From assembly GCA_937982515.1 (NCBI GenBank), contig CALJMB010000326.1, positions 1 to 55,822 on the forward strand: a stretch of 55,822 nt of DNA. Reading direction: 5' to 3'. Source of the stretch: an uncultured Balneolaceae bacterium (GTDB lineage Bacteria > Bacteroidota > Rhodothermia > Balneolales > Balneolaceae). The stretch's first letter is position 1. Each line of letters starts with the position of its first letter. The notes under the pieces are model-generated. The model was given only the letters and a program-made list of their open reading frames with translations, did not search any database and had not been told where the DNA came from. Shown one piece after another: positions 10,739 through 21,053 of the stretch. Position numbers and translations under genes: made by a program.

Positions 10739-12118
10739 TTACTTATAGCTTTGTTTCCACTTTTTGGCGATGAGGAAGGCAATTTCGAGACTTTGCTCAT
10801 AATTGAGCCGGGGGTCGCAGTATGTCTCGTAATTGTTGTGCAGTTCCCGCTCGCTGAGGCCTTTAGCGCCACCTACACATTCGGTGACGTTGTCGCCGGT
10901 AAGCTCAAGATGCACACCTCCCAGATAACTGCCCTGGTTTCTGTGGACGTCAAAGGTTTTACGTATCTCATCCACAATATTGTCGAAGTTCCGGGTCTTG
11001 ATATTATCTTCTGTAGCGAAGGTATTGCCATGCATGGGATCGCAGCTCCACACCACGGGCATGCCTTCCTGCTTAAGGTTTTTAATAAGGTCGGGTAACT
11101 GGTCTTCAATCTGGTCTGCACCAAAGCGGGTGATGATAACAATCTTGCCGGCCTCATGGATCGGGTTCAGTTTTTCTATGAGCCTGAGGGTCTCATCCAT
11201 CTTATAGTCCGGGCCTATCTTAATGCCGATAGGATTGCGAATTCCCCGCAGGTATTCTACGTGGGCACTGTTGATGTCGCGGGTTCTCTTTCCAAGCCAG
11301 ACTAGATGAGAACTGAGGTTATACCAGCCCGGGCGGCGGGGCACTCTCCGGGTTTGCGCGGCATCATAATAGAGGTTGAGCGCCTCATGAGAGGTGTAGA
11401 TATTGATCTTTTGAACCGTGTCAAAAGCATTCGGAGTAATGGTTTCCATAAAGCCAACGGCCTTTTGTATAGAGTTGACCATTGCCTCGTACTCTTGGTA
11501 ATAAATATTCTGCTTCATGAAGTCGAGCTCCCAATACTCGGGGTGATGCAGATCGGCAAAGCCCTCGTCGGCAAGCGCCCTCAGGAAATTGAGAGTCAGC
11601 GCTGATTTGTTATATCCTTCAATAAGCCTTTGGGGATCGGCAGTACGAGCCTGCAGTGTAGGCTCAATACTGTTGATCAGATCGCCCCGGTAGCTGGGAA
11701 TTTCTTTACCATCAACAATCTCGTAATCGCTGGAGCGCGGTTTTGCATATTGTCCGGCAATACGCCCTACACGGATTACGGGAATACCCATTTCATGAAT
11801 GAGAATAAAGCTCATCTGCAACAATACCTTGAGTAGGTTTACGATCTTGGGAGCCTTGCAGTCTGCAAAACTCTCGGCACAGTCTCCTCCCTGCAACAGG
11901 AAACTTCGCCCTGCGGCAACATCAGCCAGTTTTTTCTTCAGGGCTTCCACTTCCCAGGAAGTGAGAAGGGGGGGGTATTTACGCAGTTCATCATACACCG
12001 CTTCCAGTTCTTGTTGGTCGGGATAGGTGGGAAGCTGTTTAATTGGGTACTCTTTCCATGAAACAGGTGACCAGTCTTTTGGGTTAGCCACTTCAGGAGC
12101 CACAGTATCTTTTAACAT
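10739..12118 (-). CDS. 3-deoxy-7-phosphoheptulonate (DAHP) synthase, class II
   Basis: 459 aa, the class II size; motifs GRIAGQYAKPRSS, RGD.INS and DPMHGNT are typical of the plant/actinobacterial-type enzyme. Confidence 0.9.
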   Translation of the reverse strand: MLKDTVAPEVANPKDWSPVSWKEYPIKQLPTYPDQQELEAVYDELRKYPPLLTSWEVEALKKKLADVAAGRSFLLQGGDCAESFADCKAPKIVNLLKVLLQMSFILIHEMGIPVIRVGRIAGQYAKPRSSDYEIVDGKEIPSYRGDLINSIEPTLQARTADPQRLIEGYNKSALTLNFLRALADEGFADLHHPEYWELDFMKQNIYYQEYEAMVNSIQKAVGFMETITPNAFDTVQKINIYTSHEALNLYYDAAQTRRVPRRPGWYNLSSHLVWLGKRTRDINSAHVEYLRGIRNPIGIKIGPDYKMDETLRLIEKLNPIHEAGKIVIITRFGADQIEDQLPDLIKNLKQEGMPVVWSCDPMHGNTFATEDNIKTRNFDNIVDEIRKTFDVHRNQGSYLGGVHLELTGDNVTECVGGAKGLSERELHNNYETYCDPRLNYEQSLEIAFLIAKKWKQSYK

Positions 12119-12179
12119 AAAGGATTAGGAAATAGTTGGTAATTCTGCAACCGCTAACGTTAGCTAAATATATGCTAAT

Positions 12180-12324
12180 GAGCAAGAGACAAAAAGGTAA
12201 AAAGGCAGAGGGAAGAGGGTAAAAGGCCAATATAGCGCGAGCGTCTGTTCGTGCTGTACCGAAGTGGAACGGGCAAAGATTTGGAGTACAGCCTTTTCGC
12301 TTTTCACTTTTGCCCCCTCACACT
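12180..12324 (-). repeat. Intergenic repeat element copy A (purine-rich arm / conserved core / pyrimidine-rich arm)
   Basis: Shares GCAAGAGACAAAAGG, CAGAGG, TTTTCACTTTTG words and the GTAC.GCACGA core with 14196..14298 in inverted orientation; core 12231..12254 recurs at 109..132 and 50316..50339. Confidence 0.6.
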
Positions 12325-13365
12325 CTAGCTAAGAGGCTCTATTACGAAGATGCCATCTTTATTGATGTAGCCATATTTATTCCCGAGTTGAACCAGGCCA
12401 TACCCGCCGTGAAAATCCCAGGCGCTGTCGTAAATGGGATCCGCAATGAGCTTGCCGTTCTCATCTATATACCCGTACTTGCCGCCCAGCATAACTCTGG
12501 CCCGGCCTTCGGAAAAGGCATAAGCTTCTTCAAAGCGGGGCGGAATAATGAACCGGCCACGCCGGTTGATGTAACCGTACAGCTTTTCGTCCAGGTTCTG
12601 GTTATTCTCGGGCATGGCCACGGCCGCTTTACCTTCAGAGAAAGGGCCGGCTTCCAGGAATTTGGATTCTATGCGCACAAATCCTGTTGTGTCGATGTAT
12701 CCCCACTGCATGAATTCGAGCTGAACGGCGGCAAGGCCTTCAGAGAAAGATTTGGCTTCTCTGAATTTGTCTTTTATCACGATCTCTCCATCGGTATTGA
12801 TATACCCCCATTCACGATGGGTTGGCGTTTGAACCAGTGCGTGTTTGCCGGAAAACTCATAGGCATCGAGAAACCGGGGCTCAATAATATACTCCCCGTC
12901 CCGGTCGATATATCCCCAATTACTCCCGGCCGTCTTTTTTGCCGGAGCCAGTCCGTTACGAAAGGAACGGGCATCATAAAGTTCAGGATCTATCTTATAG
13001 CGGCCTGATTTATCAATATAGCCATACTTCCCGCCGACTCTGACGAGAGCAAGTCCTTCGGAGAAATTATATCCCCGGTCAAATTGTGGTTTAACCTTTA
13101 TGTCGCCGTCCCGTTCTATATACCCCACTTTTCCCGCTACGCTGATGGCTGCAAGGCCTTCGGAGAAGCGATAGGGCCAGTTTTCATTCGGAAGGAACTG
13201 AAATCGGGGCCGAATTTCCCTGTTTAGGTTCATATCTAAAAAACCAACCTGATTATTTTCAATATAGGGAAGCAGGGGGCTGTTCTTTTCGGCACCCAGG
13301 TTTAGCGTGCTACAGCTGTAGAGAAACAGAACCAAGGTTAAAGATAGGATAGCAAGAATTCTCAT
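12325..13365 (-). CDS. WG-repeat (KWG-type) lipoprotein
   Basis: Start placed at MRILAILSLTLVLFLYSCS (lipobox-like); body is ~9 repeats of the G.A.V...GKYGYID..G...I.P.FD.A..F.EG pattern. Confidence 0.8.
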   Translation of the reverse strand: MRILAILSLTLVLFLYSCSTLNLGAEKNSPLLPYIENNQVGFLDMNLNREIRPRFQFLPNENWPYRFSEGLAAISVAGKVGYIERDGDIKVKPQFDRGYNFSEGLALVRVGGKYGYIDKSGRYKIDPELYDARSFRNGLAPAKKTAGSNWGYIDRDGEYIIEPRFLDAYEFSGKHALVQTPTHREWGYINTDGEIVIKDKFREAKSFSEGLAAVQLEFMQWGYIDTTGFVRIESKFLEAGPFSEGKAAVAMPENNQNLDEKLYGYINRRGRFIIPPRFEEAYAFSEGRARVMLGGKYGYIDENGKLIADPIYDSAWDFHGGYGLVQLGNKYGYINKDGIFVIEPLS

Positions 13366-13487
13366 AATCCCGGTGTTTGTGTGTTGAATCAGAATGCAGA
13401 GGCACGATATGCCGCGCTTTTGCATTCTACATAATTATAAAACCAGCGTTTTAACTGAAAGGTCATACACTTGTTCCTGTCACTAAG

Positions 13488-14138
13488 CTACCGATAGGTT
13501 TCTGTGGGCAGATGTTGTGCGTTATGCAGGAGGCCTCTGTATATCACGGCTGTTGCCATGGTTGTGAGGGGGTAGGTAAAAACAATTCCCAAACCAAATA
13601 ACAGAATGCCCAGAACGTTTGCTGCCAGAACGGTGATCCCAAACAGGAACAGGTCGAGAGTGAGATTCTGGGTAGAGTCAAAACTTTTCCGAAGGGCCAC
13701 AATGGAAGAATCATCGTGCTCAATAATGTAGTACGAGTAGAACTGAAGCCGTACCGCAATGTAGATACCTGGAACCACGAGCAAAAAGAGCCCGGCCAGA
13801 GTGGCTATTCCATATAGAAAACTGGCAACAAAATAGCTTAGAAAAGGCCGGATATTATTAAATAGATCGGCTACACTTACGTACTGGTCATCGACAAGTA
13901 ACAGCATGATCTTGATAAAACCCAAACTCAGGTACAATTGAATCAGGGTAAGGGTAAACGAAATGAACTGTGTTTGGCTTGTGGGCTCTTCTGGCGCGCG
14001 GAGTGCGAAATAAATTTGGGGAATCACCGCAAGTACATAATAGGTAATCATAATGCCGATTACGAACGACGCATATTTCTTAAACTGGCTAAAACTGTAC
14101 TTGTATAATTGCAGGATATCTATGGTGCGGTTTTGCAT
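13488..14138 (-). CDS. Polytopic membrane protein (DUF975-like)
   Basis: 216-aa ORF with 5-6 hydrophobic helices; family assignment from memory only. Confidence 0.55.
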   Translation of the reverse strand: MQNRTIDILQLYKYSFSQFKKYASFVIGIMITYYVLAVIPQIYFALRAPEEPTSQTQFISFTLTLIQLYLSLGFIKIMLLLVDDQYVSVADLFNNIRPFLSYFVASFLYGIATLAGLFLLVVPGIYIAVRLQFYSYYIIEHDDSSIVALRKSFDSTQNLTLDLFLFGITVLAANVLGILLFGLGIVFTYPLTTMATAVIYRGLLHNAQHLPTETYR

Positions 14139-14195
14139 AAAGGCTCGATTATATGGTGCTATCCGGATGTTATAGTATGTTGGCGTGTTTCTTTT

Positions 14196-14298
14196 GGAAG
14201 TAAAAGGGCAAAAGCCAGTACGGCACGAGTAAAGATTCGAAGGACGGCCTTCTCATTTCTCACTTTTCACTTTTGGCCTCTGCCTTTTGTCTCTTGCC
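14196..14298 (+). repeat. Intergenic repeat element copy B (inverted relative to copy A)
   Basis: Reverse complement starts GGCAAGAGACAAAAGGCAGAGG, as in copy A; contains CAGTACGGCACGA core fragment. Confidence 0.55.
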
Positions 14299-14425
14299 AG
14301 GCTGAACTGCTGTTCTTAGTTGCCGGGTTAGTGTACCGTATTTTTATCATTAGCTCAAATGCTTCAAATGTCCAAATTAATCCTTAAATTAAAGAGTTTA
14401 TTTACAACCTGAAACACAGACAATT

Positions 14426-17269
14426 GTGAGAGAACATATTGTAATCCGTGGCGCCCGAGAGCATAATTTAAAAAATATTGATGTAGATATACCCAGAGAT
14501 AATCTGGTTGTTGTGACGGGGATATCGGGATCGGGGAAATCATCGCTGGCCTTTGATACCATTTATGCAGAGGGGCAACGGCGGTTTATGGAGTCTTTGT
14601 CTGCCTATGCCCGCCAGTTTTTAGGTATGATGGAACGGCCGGAAGTCGATTTTATCGACGGCCTGTCTCCTGTTATTTCTATCGATCAGAAAACGACCAA
14701 CCGTAACCCGCGCTCAACAGTAGGTACCGTTACCGAAATATACGACTTTCTGCGCCTGCTGTATGCCAGGATCGGGGTGCCCTACTCCTGGAAGTCAGGC
14801 AAAAAAATGGAGAAGCAGACCGAAGAGCAGGTGGTATCTGCCATTATGGATATGCCGGAAGGAACCAAAGCATACTGCCTGGCGCCTGTTGTACGGGGAC
14901 GAAAGGGACACTATCGCGAACTGTTCGAGCAGACGATGAAACAAGGCTTCATTCGCGTGCGGGTAGACGGCGAGTACCTTGACCTCGAAGAGGGGCTGAA
15001 GACAGATCGCTATAAAACACATAATATCGAAGTAGTGGTAGACCGCTTCGTTATCAACCCCAAGAGCGAGAAGCGCATCGCCGAAAGCGTACGCCTGGCG
15101 CTGGAGATGGCAGACGGCAACGTAATCCTCTCCGTGCCCGGAAAAGACGGGGAGTATAAAGACCATCTGTTCTCTCAGAATCTGTTCGACCCGGAGAGCG
15201 GACTCGCTTATGAGGATCCCGCCCCAAACGTATTTTCATTTAACTCGCCCTATGGCGCCTGCCCCAGATGCGACGGCCTGGGATATACGTATGATGTGGA
15301 TTTCAATCTGCTGATACCTAACCGGGAACAGACCATAGCCGAAGGCGCCATTCGTTTTCTGGGTACCCCCCGCGATATCTTCGCATTTAAACAACTGAAA
15401 GCCGTGCTGGCTACCTTTGATCTCGATTTCGATACACCAGTCAGGGATTTTTCTGAAGAGGCTTTGGAAGTATTGATGGAGGGAGGAGGTGACAAAAAAT
15501 ACAATGTTAGTTACGATTTCCGGAACGATAACGTAACCTACAAACATTCATTCAACGGCTTGCGCCGGATGATTCGGGAACAGTATGAAGAAAGCAAGTC
15601 TGGCAAGCAGCGCGAAAAAGCCAAAGCTTTTATGAGCAAGATTACATGCAGTGCGTGCGGCGGCGGGCGGCTGAACAGAGAGGCACTCTCCTATAAAATA
15701 GATGGATATTCCATAGATGAGCTGGTAAATATGGACATCGCCACCCTGCGAGATACTATCAATAACCTCAATCTGAACGAGCGGCAGCAGATCATCGGAA
15801 GCCAGGTGTTAAAAGAAGTGCGCGACCGCATCGACTTTCTGCTCAACGTAGGGCTGGATTACCTGACGCTGGACCGTGAAGCTCAGACACTGAGCGGGGG
15901 CGAGGCCCAGCGCATCCGCCTGGCCACACAGATCGGAACGCAGCTGGTAGGAGTACTTTACATTCTGGATGAGCCAAGCATCGGCCTGCACCAACGCGAT
16001 AATATAAAGCTCATCCGCTCGCTGGAAACCCTGCGGGATCTGGGAAACAGCATTATCGTGGTAGAACATGATCGCGAAACTATAGAGCACGCCGATTACG
16101 TTTTAGACCTCGGCCCGGGTGCCGGTGAATATGGCGGACATATTGTATCGGCAGGAAGACCTGAAAACCTTGACCCTGATTCTATGACAGCGCGCTTTCT
16201 CAGAGATGAGGAAGCGGTGCCCTATTCTTCTAAGCGAAGAAAAGGAAACGGAAAGAGTATCAAACTGACCGGTGCACATGGGCACAATCTGAAAAACCAG
16301 GATGTGGAGATCCCTCTGGGCAAATTTATATGCGTTACCGGTGTGAGCGGAAGCGGGAAAAGCTCGCTGATCAATCAGACGCTGGAACCTATCCTTACCA
16401 ATTACTTCTATAAGTCTAAGTCTGTACCGCTGCCTTACAATGAGGTTAAAGGCCTGGATAATCTGGACAAGGTTATTTCGGTTGATCAAAGCCCGATCGG
16501 TCGCACACCGCGTTCCAATCCCGGAACCTATACCAAAGTTTTTGACCATATCCGGTCGCTGTTTGCCGAACTGCCTGAGTCAAAGATCCGGGGGTACGAC
16601 CAGGGACGCTTTTCATTCAACGTGAAAGGCGGCCGTTGCGAGTCGTGCGGAGGTGATGGCGTACGAAAGATTGAGATGAATTTCCTGCCCGACGTGTACG
16701 TAACGTGCGAAAACTGTAACGGCCGTCGCTACAACCGTGAAACCCTGGAAATCTACTACAAAGGCAAGAACATAGCCGATGTACTGAGTATGTCTATCCG
16801 CGAAGCCGGCGAGTTCTTCGACAGCGTTCCCGCCATCCAGCGCATTCTGAGTACGCTGAACTCTGTGGGACTCGGGTACCTCACGTTGGGGCAATCCAGT
16901 ACCACGCTCTCCGGCGGGGAGGCCCAGCGGATCAAACTGGCACGTGAACTGGCCAAGGTAGGCACGGGCGACACTCTGTACATTATGGATGAACCCACCA
17001 CAGGGCTGCATTTCCAGGATGTGCGCATGCTGGTGGATGTCATTCAACAATTGGTAGACAAAGGAAATACAGTTATTGTTATCGAACACAACCTGGATCT
17101 GATCAAAGCAGCCGATTGGATCATTGACCTGGGTCCCGAAGGAGGTGCATCCGGCGGAGAAATTATTGCGCAGGGCACTCCGGAACAGGTAGCGAAAGAG
17201 AAGAGCTACACCGGTGAATTTTTAAAGCAGGAACTTGAGCGGCACCAGAATAAAAAACTCACCGCCTAG
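14426..17269 (+). CDS. uvrA: Excinuclease ABC subunit A
   Basis: 947 aa; GTG start; two ABC ATPase modules ([24 protein letters not shown], two LSGGEAQRI signatures); zinc-finger CxxC pairs. Confidence 0.97.
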   Translation: MREHIVIRGAREHNLKNIDVDIPRDNLVVVTGISGSGKSSLAFDTIYAEGQRRFMESLSAYARQFLGMMERPEVDFIDGLSPVISIDQKTTNRNPRSTVGTVTEIYDFLRLLYARIGVPYSWKSGKKMEKQTEEQVVSAIMDMPEGTKAYCLAPVVRGRKGHYRELFEQTMKQGFIRVRVDGEYLDLEEGLKTDRYKTHNIEVVVDRFVINPKSEKRIAESVRLALEMADGNVILSVPGKDGEYKDHLFSQNLFDPESGLAYEDPAPNVFSFNSPYGACPRCDGLGYTYDVDFNLLIPNREQTIAEGAIRFLGTPRDIFAFKQLKAVLATFDLDFDTPVRDFSEEALEVLMEGGGDKKYNVSYDFRNDNVTYKHSFNGLRRMIREQYEESKSGKQREKAKAFMSKITCSACGGGRLNREALSYKIDGYSIDELVNMDIATLRDTINNLNLNERQQIIGSQVLKEVRDRIDFLLNVGLDYLTLDREAQTLSGGEAQRIRLATQIGTQLVGVLYILDEPSIGLHQRDNIKLIRSLETLRDLGNSIIVVEHDRETIEHADYVLDLGPGAGEYGGHIVSAGRPENLDPDSMTARFLRDEEAVPYSSKRRKGNGKSIKLTGAHGHNLKNQDVEIPLGKFICVTGVSGSGKSSLINQTLEPILTNYFYKSKSVPLPYNEVKGLDNLDKVISVDQSPIGRTPRSNPGTYTKVFDHIRSLFAELPESKIRGYDQGRFSFNVKGGRCESCGGDGVRKIEMNFLPDVYVTCENCNGRRYNRETLEIYYKGKNIADVLSMSIREAGEFFDSVPAIQRILSTLNSVGLGYLTLGQSSTTLSGGEAQRIKLARELAKVGTGDTLYIMDEPTTGLHFQDVRMLVDVIQQLVDKGNTVIVIEHNLDLIKAADWIIDLGPEGGASGGEIIAQGTPEQVAKEKSYTGEFLKQELERHQNKKLTA

Positions 17270-17643
17270 AGTAATGGCTGTTAAGTAAGGCCGCTAAAAC
17301 ACGAAGCGGATTCATGCTTTTGTGTTTCACTACCCTCGGATAGGCCGAAATAGCAGGATATAACAGATCGCCGGAGGGCCGTATCTATTCTCTGTTTTCT
17401 CCCCAATTTTGGGGAGTTGGTACGGAGATGGTAGAGAGCTGGCCGGGCTGTTACGTTCTGTTTTGATCGCATCCAAATGTGCACCTGTGCCCCTTTCGGT
17501 CAATCTCCTAGTCCCTTCTCCAGACAGGGCCGTTGCATTCTATTATTATCCCTCGTCCCCGGCGTCATCCCAACCGCAATCCTTGCTTTCAAGGGTGTAC
17601 CGGAGGGATCCCATCCTCTCATAGCTGATCTTCATCTTATTCG

Positions 17644-17690
17644 TGCAAATTAAATTTGCAATTCAAGTATTTTTATTTCTACATTTGTAG
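17644..17690 (+). promoter_or_regulatory. Two palindromes in the blaI promoter region: TGCAAAT-TAA-ATTTGCA (17644-17660) and CTACA-TT-TGTAG (17679-17690)
   Basis: Read directly; the second contains the TACA/TGTA half-sites known for BlaI/MecI operators; 27-70 nt upstream of the blaI-like ATG. Confidence 0.5.
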
Positions 17691-17716
17691 TATACATTCT
17701 AATAATATAGAACAAT

Positions 17717-18088
17717 ATGAGGCTACCGAAATCTGAAGAAGAATTAATGCAGTATATATGGGAACTTGAAAAAGCATTCTTAAGTGACCTGCTTGAAAAG
17801 TACCCCGAACCGAAGCCGGCCAGCAGTACAGTTGCCACCCTACTGAAAAGACTGAAAGCGAAAGGCTACGTTGATTATGAGCAGATGGGGCGTTCTCGCA
17901 GGTACTATCCACTCGTTGAAAAGTCAAGCTACTTTTCAAAGTATATTAACCGCCTCATTAAAAAATATTTCAATGATTCGCCCGCGACCTTTGCTTCTTT
18001 TTTTACGAGGGAGACCAATCTTTCAGATGAGGAGCTGGAAGAACTACAGGAAATTATCAACAATGAACTTAAAAAGAGAGACCGATGA
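17717..18088 (+). CDS. BlaI/MecI/CopY-family transcriptional repressor
   Basis: 123 aa winged-helix protein (EEELMQYIWE ... STVATLLKRLKAKGYV); stop overlaps the start of the downstream M56 gene (ATGA). Confidence 0.85.
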   Translation: MRLPKSEEELMQYIWELEKAFLSDLLEKYPEPKPASSTVATLLKRLKAKGYVDYEQMGRSRRYYPLVEKSSYFSKYINRLIKKYFNDSPATFASFFTRETNLSDEELEELQEIINNELKKRDR

Positions 18089-19638
18089 TTTCTTACCTGA
18101 TCCATTCAACAATATGTATGGGATTAGTGCTTCTGTTTTATCATGCGGCTCTTGCCAGAGAAAAAATATATCAGATCAACCGCTGGTATCTGCTTGGCGG
18201 TCTGCTCTTTTCTTTGGTTGCTCCGTTTATACCCGTGGGAATATCGGACTCTTTGTTGACCTTGGATAGGGGTACTGAAATACCACATGTACTTTCAGGT
18301 TCCGGGTCCGATCTTCATAGTTCAGCTAATTCAGCAGGAGAAGATACTGTGGGACAAACATCTGATCCGGTATGGATTTATCCCTTCCTCTTCTGTCTTT
18401 ATGGTATTGTGACGTTGATCTTGGCTTTTCGAATGATTCGGCACTTGTATCGAATGCAGCTTAAGACAATGAAGAATCCGGCCACCTTTTTTAAAGGCCA
18501 CCGAGTAGTTTTGATGGATGAAGAAGTGGTTCCCCACACTTTTTGGAAAACGATATTTTTAAATAAAAAGCAGTATGAAAATAAAGAAATTGGCGAAGAG
18601 GTATTGATTCATGAACTAACCCATGCCAGGCAAAATCATTCGTTAGATATTCTCATAGTAGAGATGTTGAAAACCATCTGTTGGTTTAACCCATTCCTTT
18701 ACTTTTATAAAATAGCAATCCAGATCAATCACGAATATATCGCAGATGATAAGGTCTTATCCAGTCGTACTGATGTTGCAAGCTATCAGGCACTACTATT
18801 ACACATGAGTACGGCTAAATCAATGCACTATCTTAGCGCCAGTCTAAATTTTAACGTCACAAAAAAGAGGTTCAAGATGATGACTCTTAACAGATCAGTA
18901 TACCGCTCTTTCCTAAAAACAGCGTTGATAATTCCATTCATTGTCGTTCTCGGTATCACATTTGGTTGTGGGCCTGCAAGTGTGGAAAGTGGTAACCAAA
19001 TCAAAGACATAAGCCTGGAGATAGTAAACGCTGAAACTATAAAACTCAATGACAAAACTTTTCCGGCTTCTCAATTTAAAACGGCACTTTCTGAGCTGTC
19101 AGTAGATCCAAAACGGACTGTTATTGATTTTAAAATATATAAGGATGTTCCGATGGGGCTGGTCACGGATATCGAAAAAGTTATCCGTGAATATGGTGCC
19201 ATAAGAATTAATTACTCCACAGAACAATCAAATAATTCTCGGTCTGAAGAAGCCTGGAGGACAGAGTTAGATAGCCGAAATATCCTGGACATATACATTA
19301 ATGAGAAAGGAAATATTACTGTTAATCAAGATCGCGCGTCACTTTCTTCATTAAGTAGGTTGGTGAGAGAATTTATAATAAATAACGGGCATTCTCCGGA
19401 ATTATCGGAAAGCCCCAGAGATGCCATCATTGCAATCAGGACGGATACAAGGGCGCCATATGAAAGCTACAGCCGTATGATCGGGAAAGTTATTGAAGTC
19501 TATGATGAACTGAGAGATCAAGCTGCTGTGCAACTATTTAACCAACCGTTTCAGTCGCTCGAAGAAGGGAGTAAGGAAAGAGACAAAATTAGAAATATGT
19601 ACCCAAAGAAAATAAGCGTTCAGGAACCCCTCCAATAG
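18085..19638 (+). CDS. BlaR1-like M56 peptidase signal transducer with two C-terminal ExbD/TolR-like modules
   Basis: N-terminal TM helices; zinc motif HELTHARQNH plus NHEYIADD; extra TM helix; then two segments resembling ExbD periplasmic domains. Confidence 0.75.
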   Translation: MISYLIHSTICMGLVLLFYHAALAREKIYQINRWYLLGGLLFSLVAPFIPVGISDSLLTLDRGTEIPHVLSGSGSDLHSSANSAGEDTVGQTSDPVWIYPFLFCLYGIVTLILAFRMIRHLYRMQLKTMKNPATFFKGHRVVLMDEEVVPHTFWKTIFLNKKQYENKEIGEEVLIHELTHARQNHSLDILIVEMLKTICWFNPFLYFYKIAIQINHEYIADDKVLSSRTDVASYQALLLHMSTAKSMHYLSASLNFNVTKKRFKMMTLNRSVYRSFLKTALIIPFIVVLGITFGCGPASVESGNQIKDISLEIVNAETIKLNDKTFPASQFKTALSELSVDPKRTVIDFKIYKDVPMGLVTDIEKVIREYGAIRINYSTEQSNNSRSEEAWRTELDSRNILDIYINEKGNITVNQDRASLSSLSRLVREFIINNGHSPELSESPRDAIIAIRTDTRAPYESYSRMIGKVIEVYDELRDQAAVQLFNQPFQSLEEGSKERDKIRNMYPKKISVQEPLQ

Positions 19639-19886
19639 TTAATTATTACCCGTGCTTTATTTTGTTAAAGCTCAAGATAACGGATTGAAAAAGTTGAAAA
19701 ACATGAACTAGCTAAAGAATAACAGCCAACGCTTAACCCGGCATGAAGCGGATGTCCCCCTGCTCTTCTTTGCCGCCGCTGGTTTTTTAGCTCTTCATTC
19801 GTTATCTACCCGATTAACATGCACAAACTTGCGCTTCTTATGCGCAGGGCCATTATCTCACCTTCACCTCGCAACCCGTTACAGAT

Positions 19887-20231
19887 ATGATTCATATCGT
19901 TCTGCACTTTATTGTGCCCCTCCTGGTTGCACGTGTCTTCTGCCGTAGCCGCTGGCGCAAAGCGTCGGTAATTATGATTGCAACCATGCTCGTCGATGCA
20001 GATCACGTGCTGGCTGATCCGGTCTACGATCCCAATCGGTGCTCCATCGGATTTCATCCACTACACACGGTCCCCGCCATTGTGATATACGCCATTTTAT
20101 TCCTTCTTCCTCTCATACTAAAGCGGAAAGCCGACGCTCAGAGTTTACATCCAGCCTGGCGTGTTGTGCATTTGGTTGGCCTCGGGCTACTGATCCACAT
20201 GGCGCTGGACTGGATCGACTGTATGATTTGA
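19887..20231 (+). CDS. Small His/Asp-rich membrane protein (DUF6122/YdjM-like)
   Basis: 114-aa ORF, 3 hydrophobic helices, motifs VDADHVLAD, GFHPLH, HMALDW; family call from memory. Confidence 0.5.
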   Translation: MIHIVLHFIVPLLVARVFCRSRWRKASVIMIATMLVDADHVLADPVYDPNRCSIGFHPLHTVPAIVIYAILFLLPLILKRKADAQSLHPAWRVVHLVGLGLLIHMALDWIDCMI

Positions 20232-20423
20232 CGCGGCTTCGATGGGTACCGCGAAACGCGTGAGAATGAAGAAGAAGTAACGCTTCGGAAGTTTGTACTT
20301 AAACTCTGTTGTATTTTTTCCATGAGTCCGAAACCAGAGAACGCACTTTGTGCTAAAAATGAGGTTCTATTCACTGTTGTGACATTGTTTACAGGAATGT
20401 CTAATCTAAAAGTACAAAACACA

Positions 20424-20710
20424 ATGAAAGCTACAGTAACGAAAACATCAACATTAAAGTCAGTCCGGGCAAGATTTGGGATTATGTAAGCGATTTATCA
20501 AAATGGCCGGAATGGGCTATTCACAATGTAACACGTTCACGAAAGGGAGAGAAAGACTATTATTGGCTGATGGAAGGACCGAGAGGTACTTCAAAAGTGA
20601 AAATGCACGGCAACAAAACGCTTGGAATTTTAGACCACGAGTTTATAGACCCGGGCGAGGGCCATTGGATTGTTCCTTGCGATGGATGCAGACTACTGGA
20701 CGACGCTTGA
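20424..20710 (+). pseudogene. Frameshifted/truncated SRPBCC (polyketide-cyclase-like) gene remnant
   Basis: MKATVTKTSTLK stops after 21 codons. The +1 frame continues INIKVSPGKIWDYVSDLSKWPEWAIHNV..GILDHEFIDPGEGHWIVPC and then ends abruptly. Confidence 0.6.
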
Positions 20711-21053
20711 ACAGGCTAATGTCAATGATATCATTCGCCCGTTTGGCATTCAGTACGGTTCGGACAGCCCGGATACACAGGTCGGCGGACAAACCCGGAA
20801 AGGGTTGATTACCAGGCAGGCGCTGAAGATTCCCTATCACGGAGGCAGAATTGTTAGCGGAGGAACTCCCTTCAGCTTCGGTAACGGGCCGGAGCCTGTA
20901 TCATTCGGCGCCTTTGCAGAGCCGCGTGGAGGAGGCAAGCTTGTAGTGATGGGTGATGCGATGGCCTCGTTGTATATGAACAGCTAGCAGGGAGTGGGTG
21001 ACTACCAGACGGAGCAATTTATGCAAGATGTGCTTCAATGGCTTCTGGAATGA
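20670..21053 (+). pseudogene. 5'-truncated gene remnant with in-frame TAG (unknown family, possibly DUF4350-like)
   Basis: Frame reads ..GGKLVVMGDAMASLYMNS*QGVGDYQTEQFMQDVLQWLLE*; the TAG at 20985-20987 sits where TGG (Trp) would fit; there is no N-terminus. Confidence 0.5.

Noticed and set aside
12310-13008. 232-aa plus-strand ORF
   Set aside because: It is antisense to the WG-repeat gene, whose repeat periodicity clearly marks the minus strand as coding.
17281-17624. Small ORFs (67 aa minus strand, 71 aa plus strand) between uvrA and blaI
   Set aside because: They have no motifs. The region looks like repeat or hairpin-bearing spacer (for example CTCCCCAATTTTGGGGAG).
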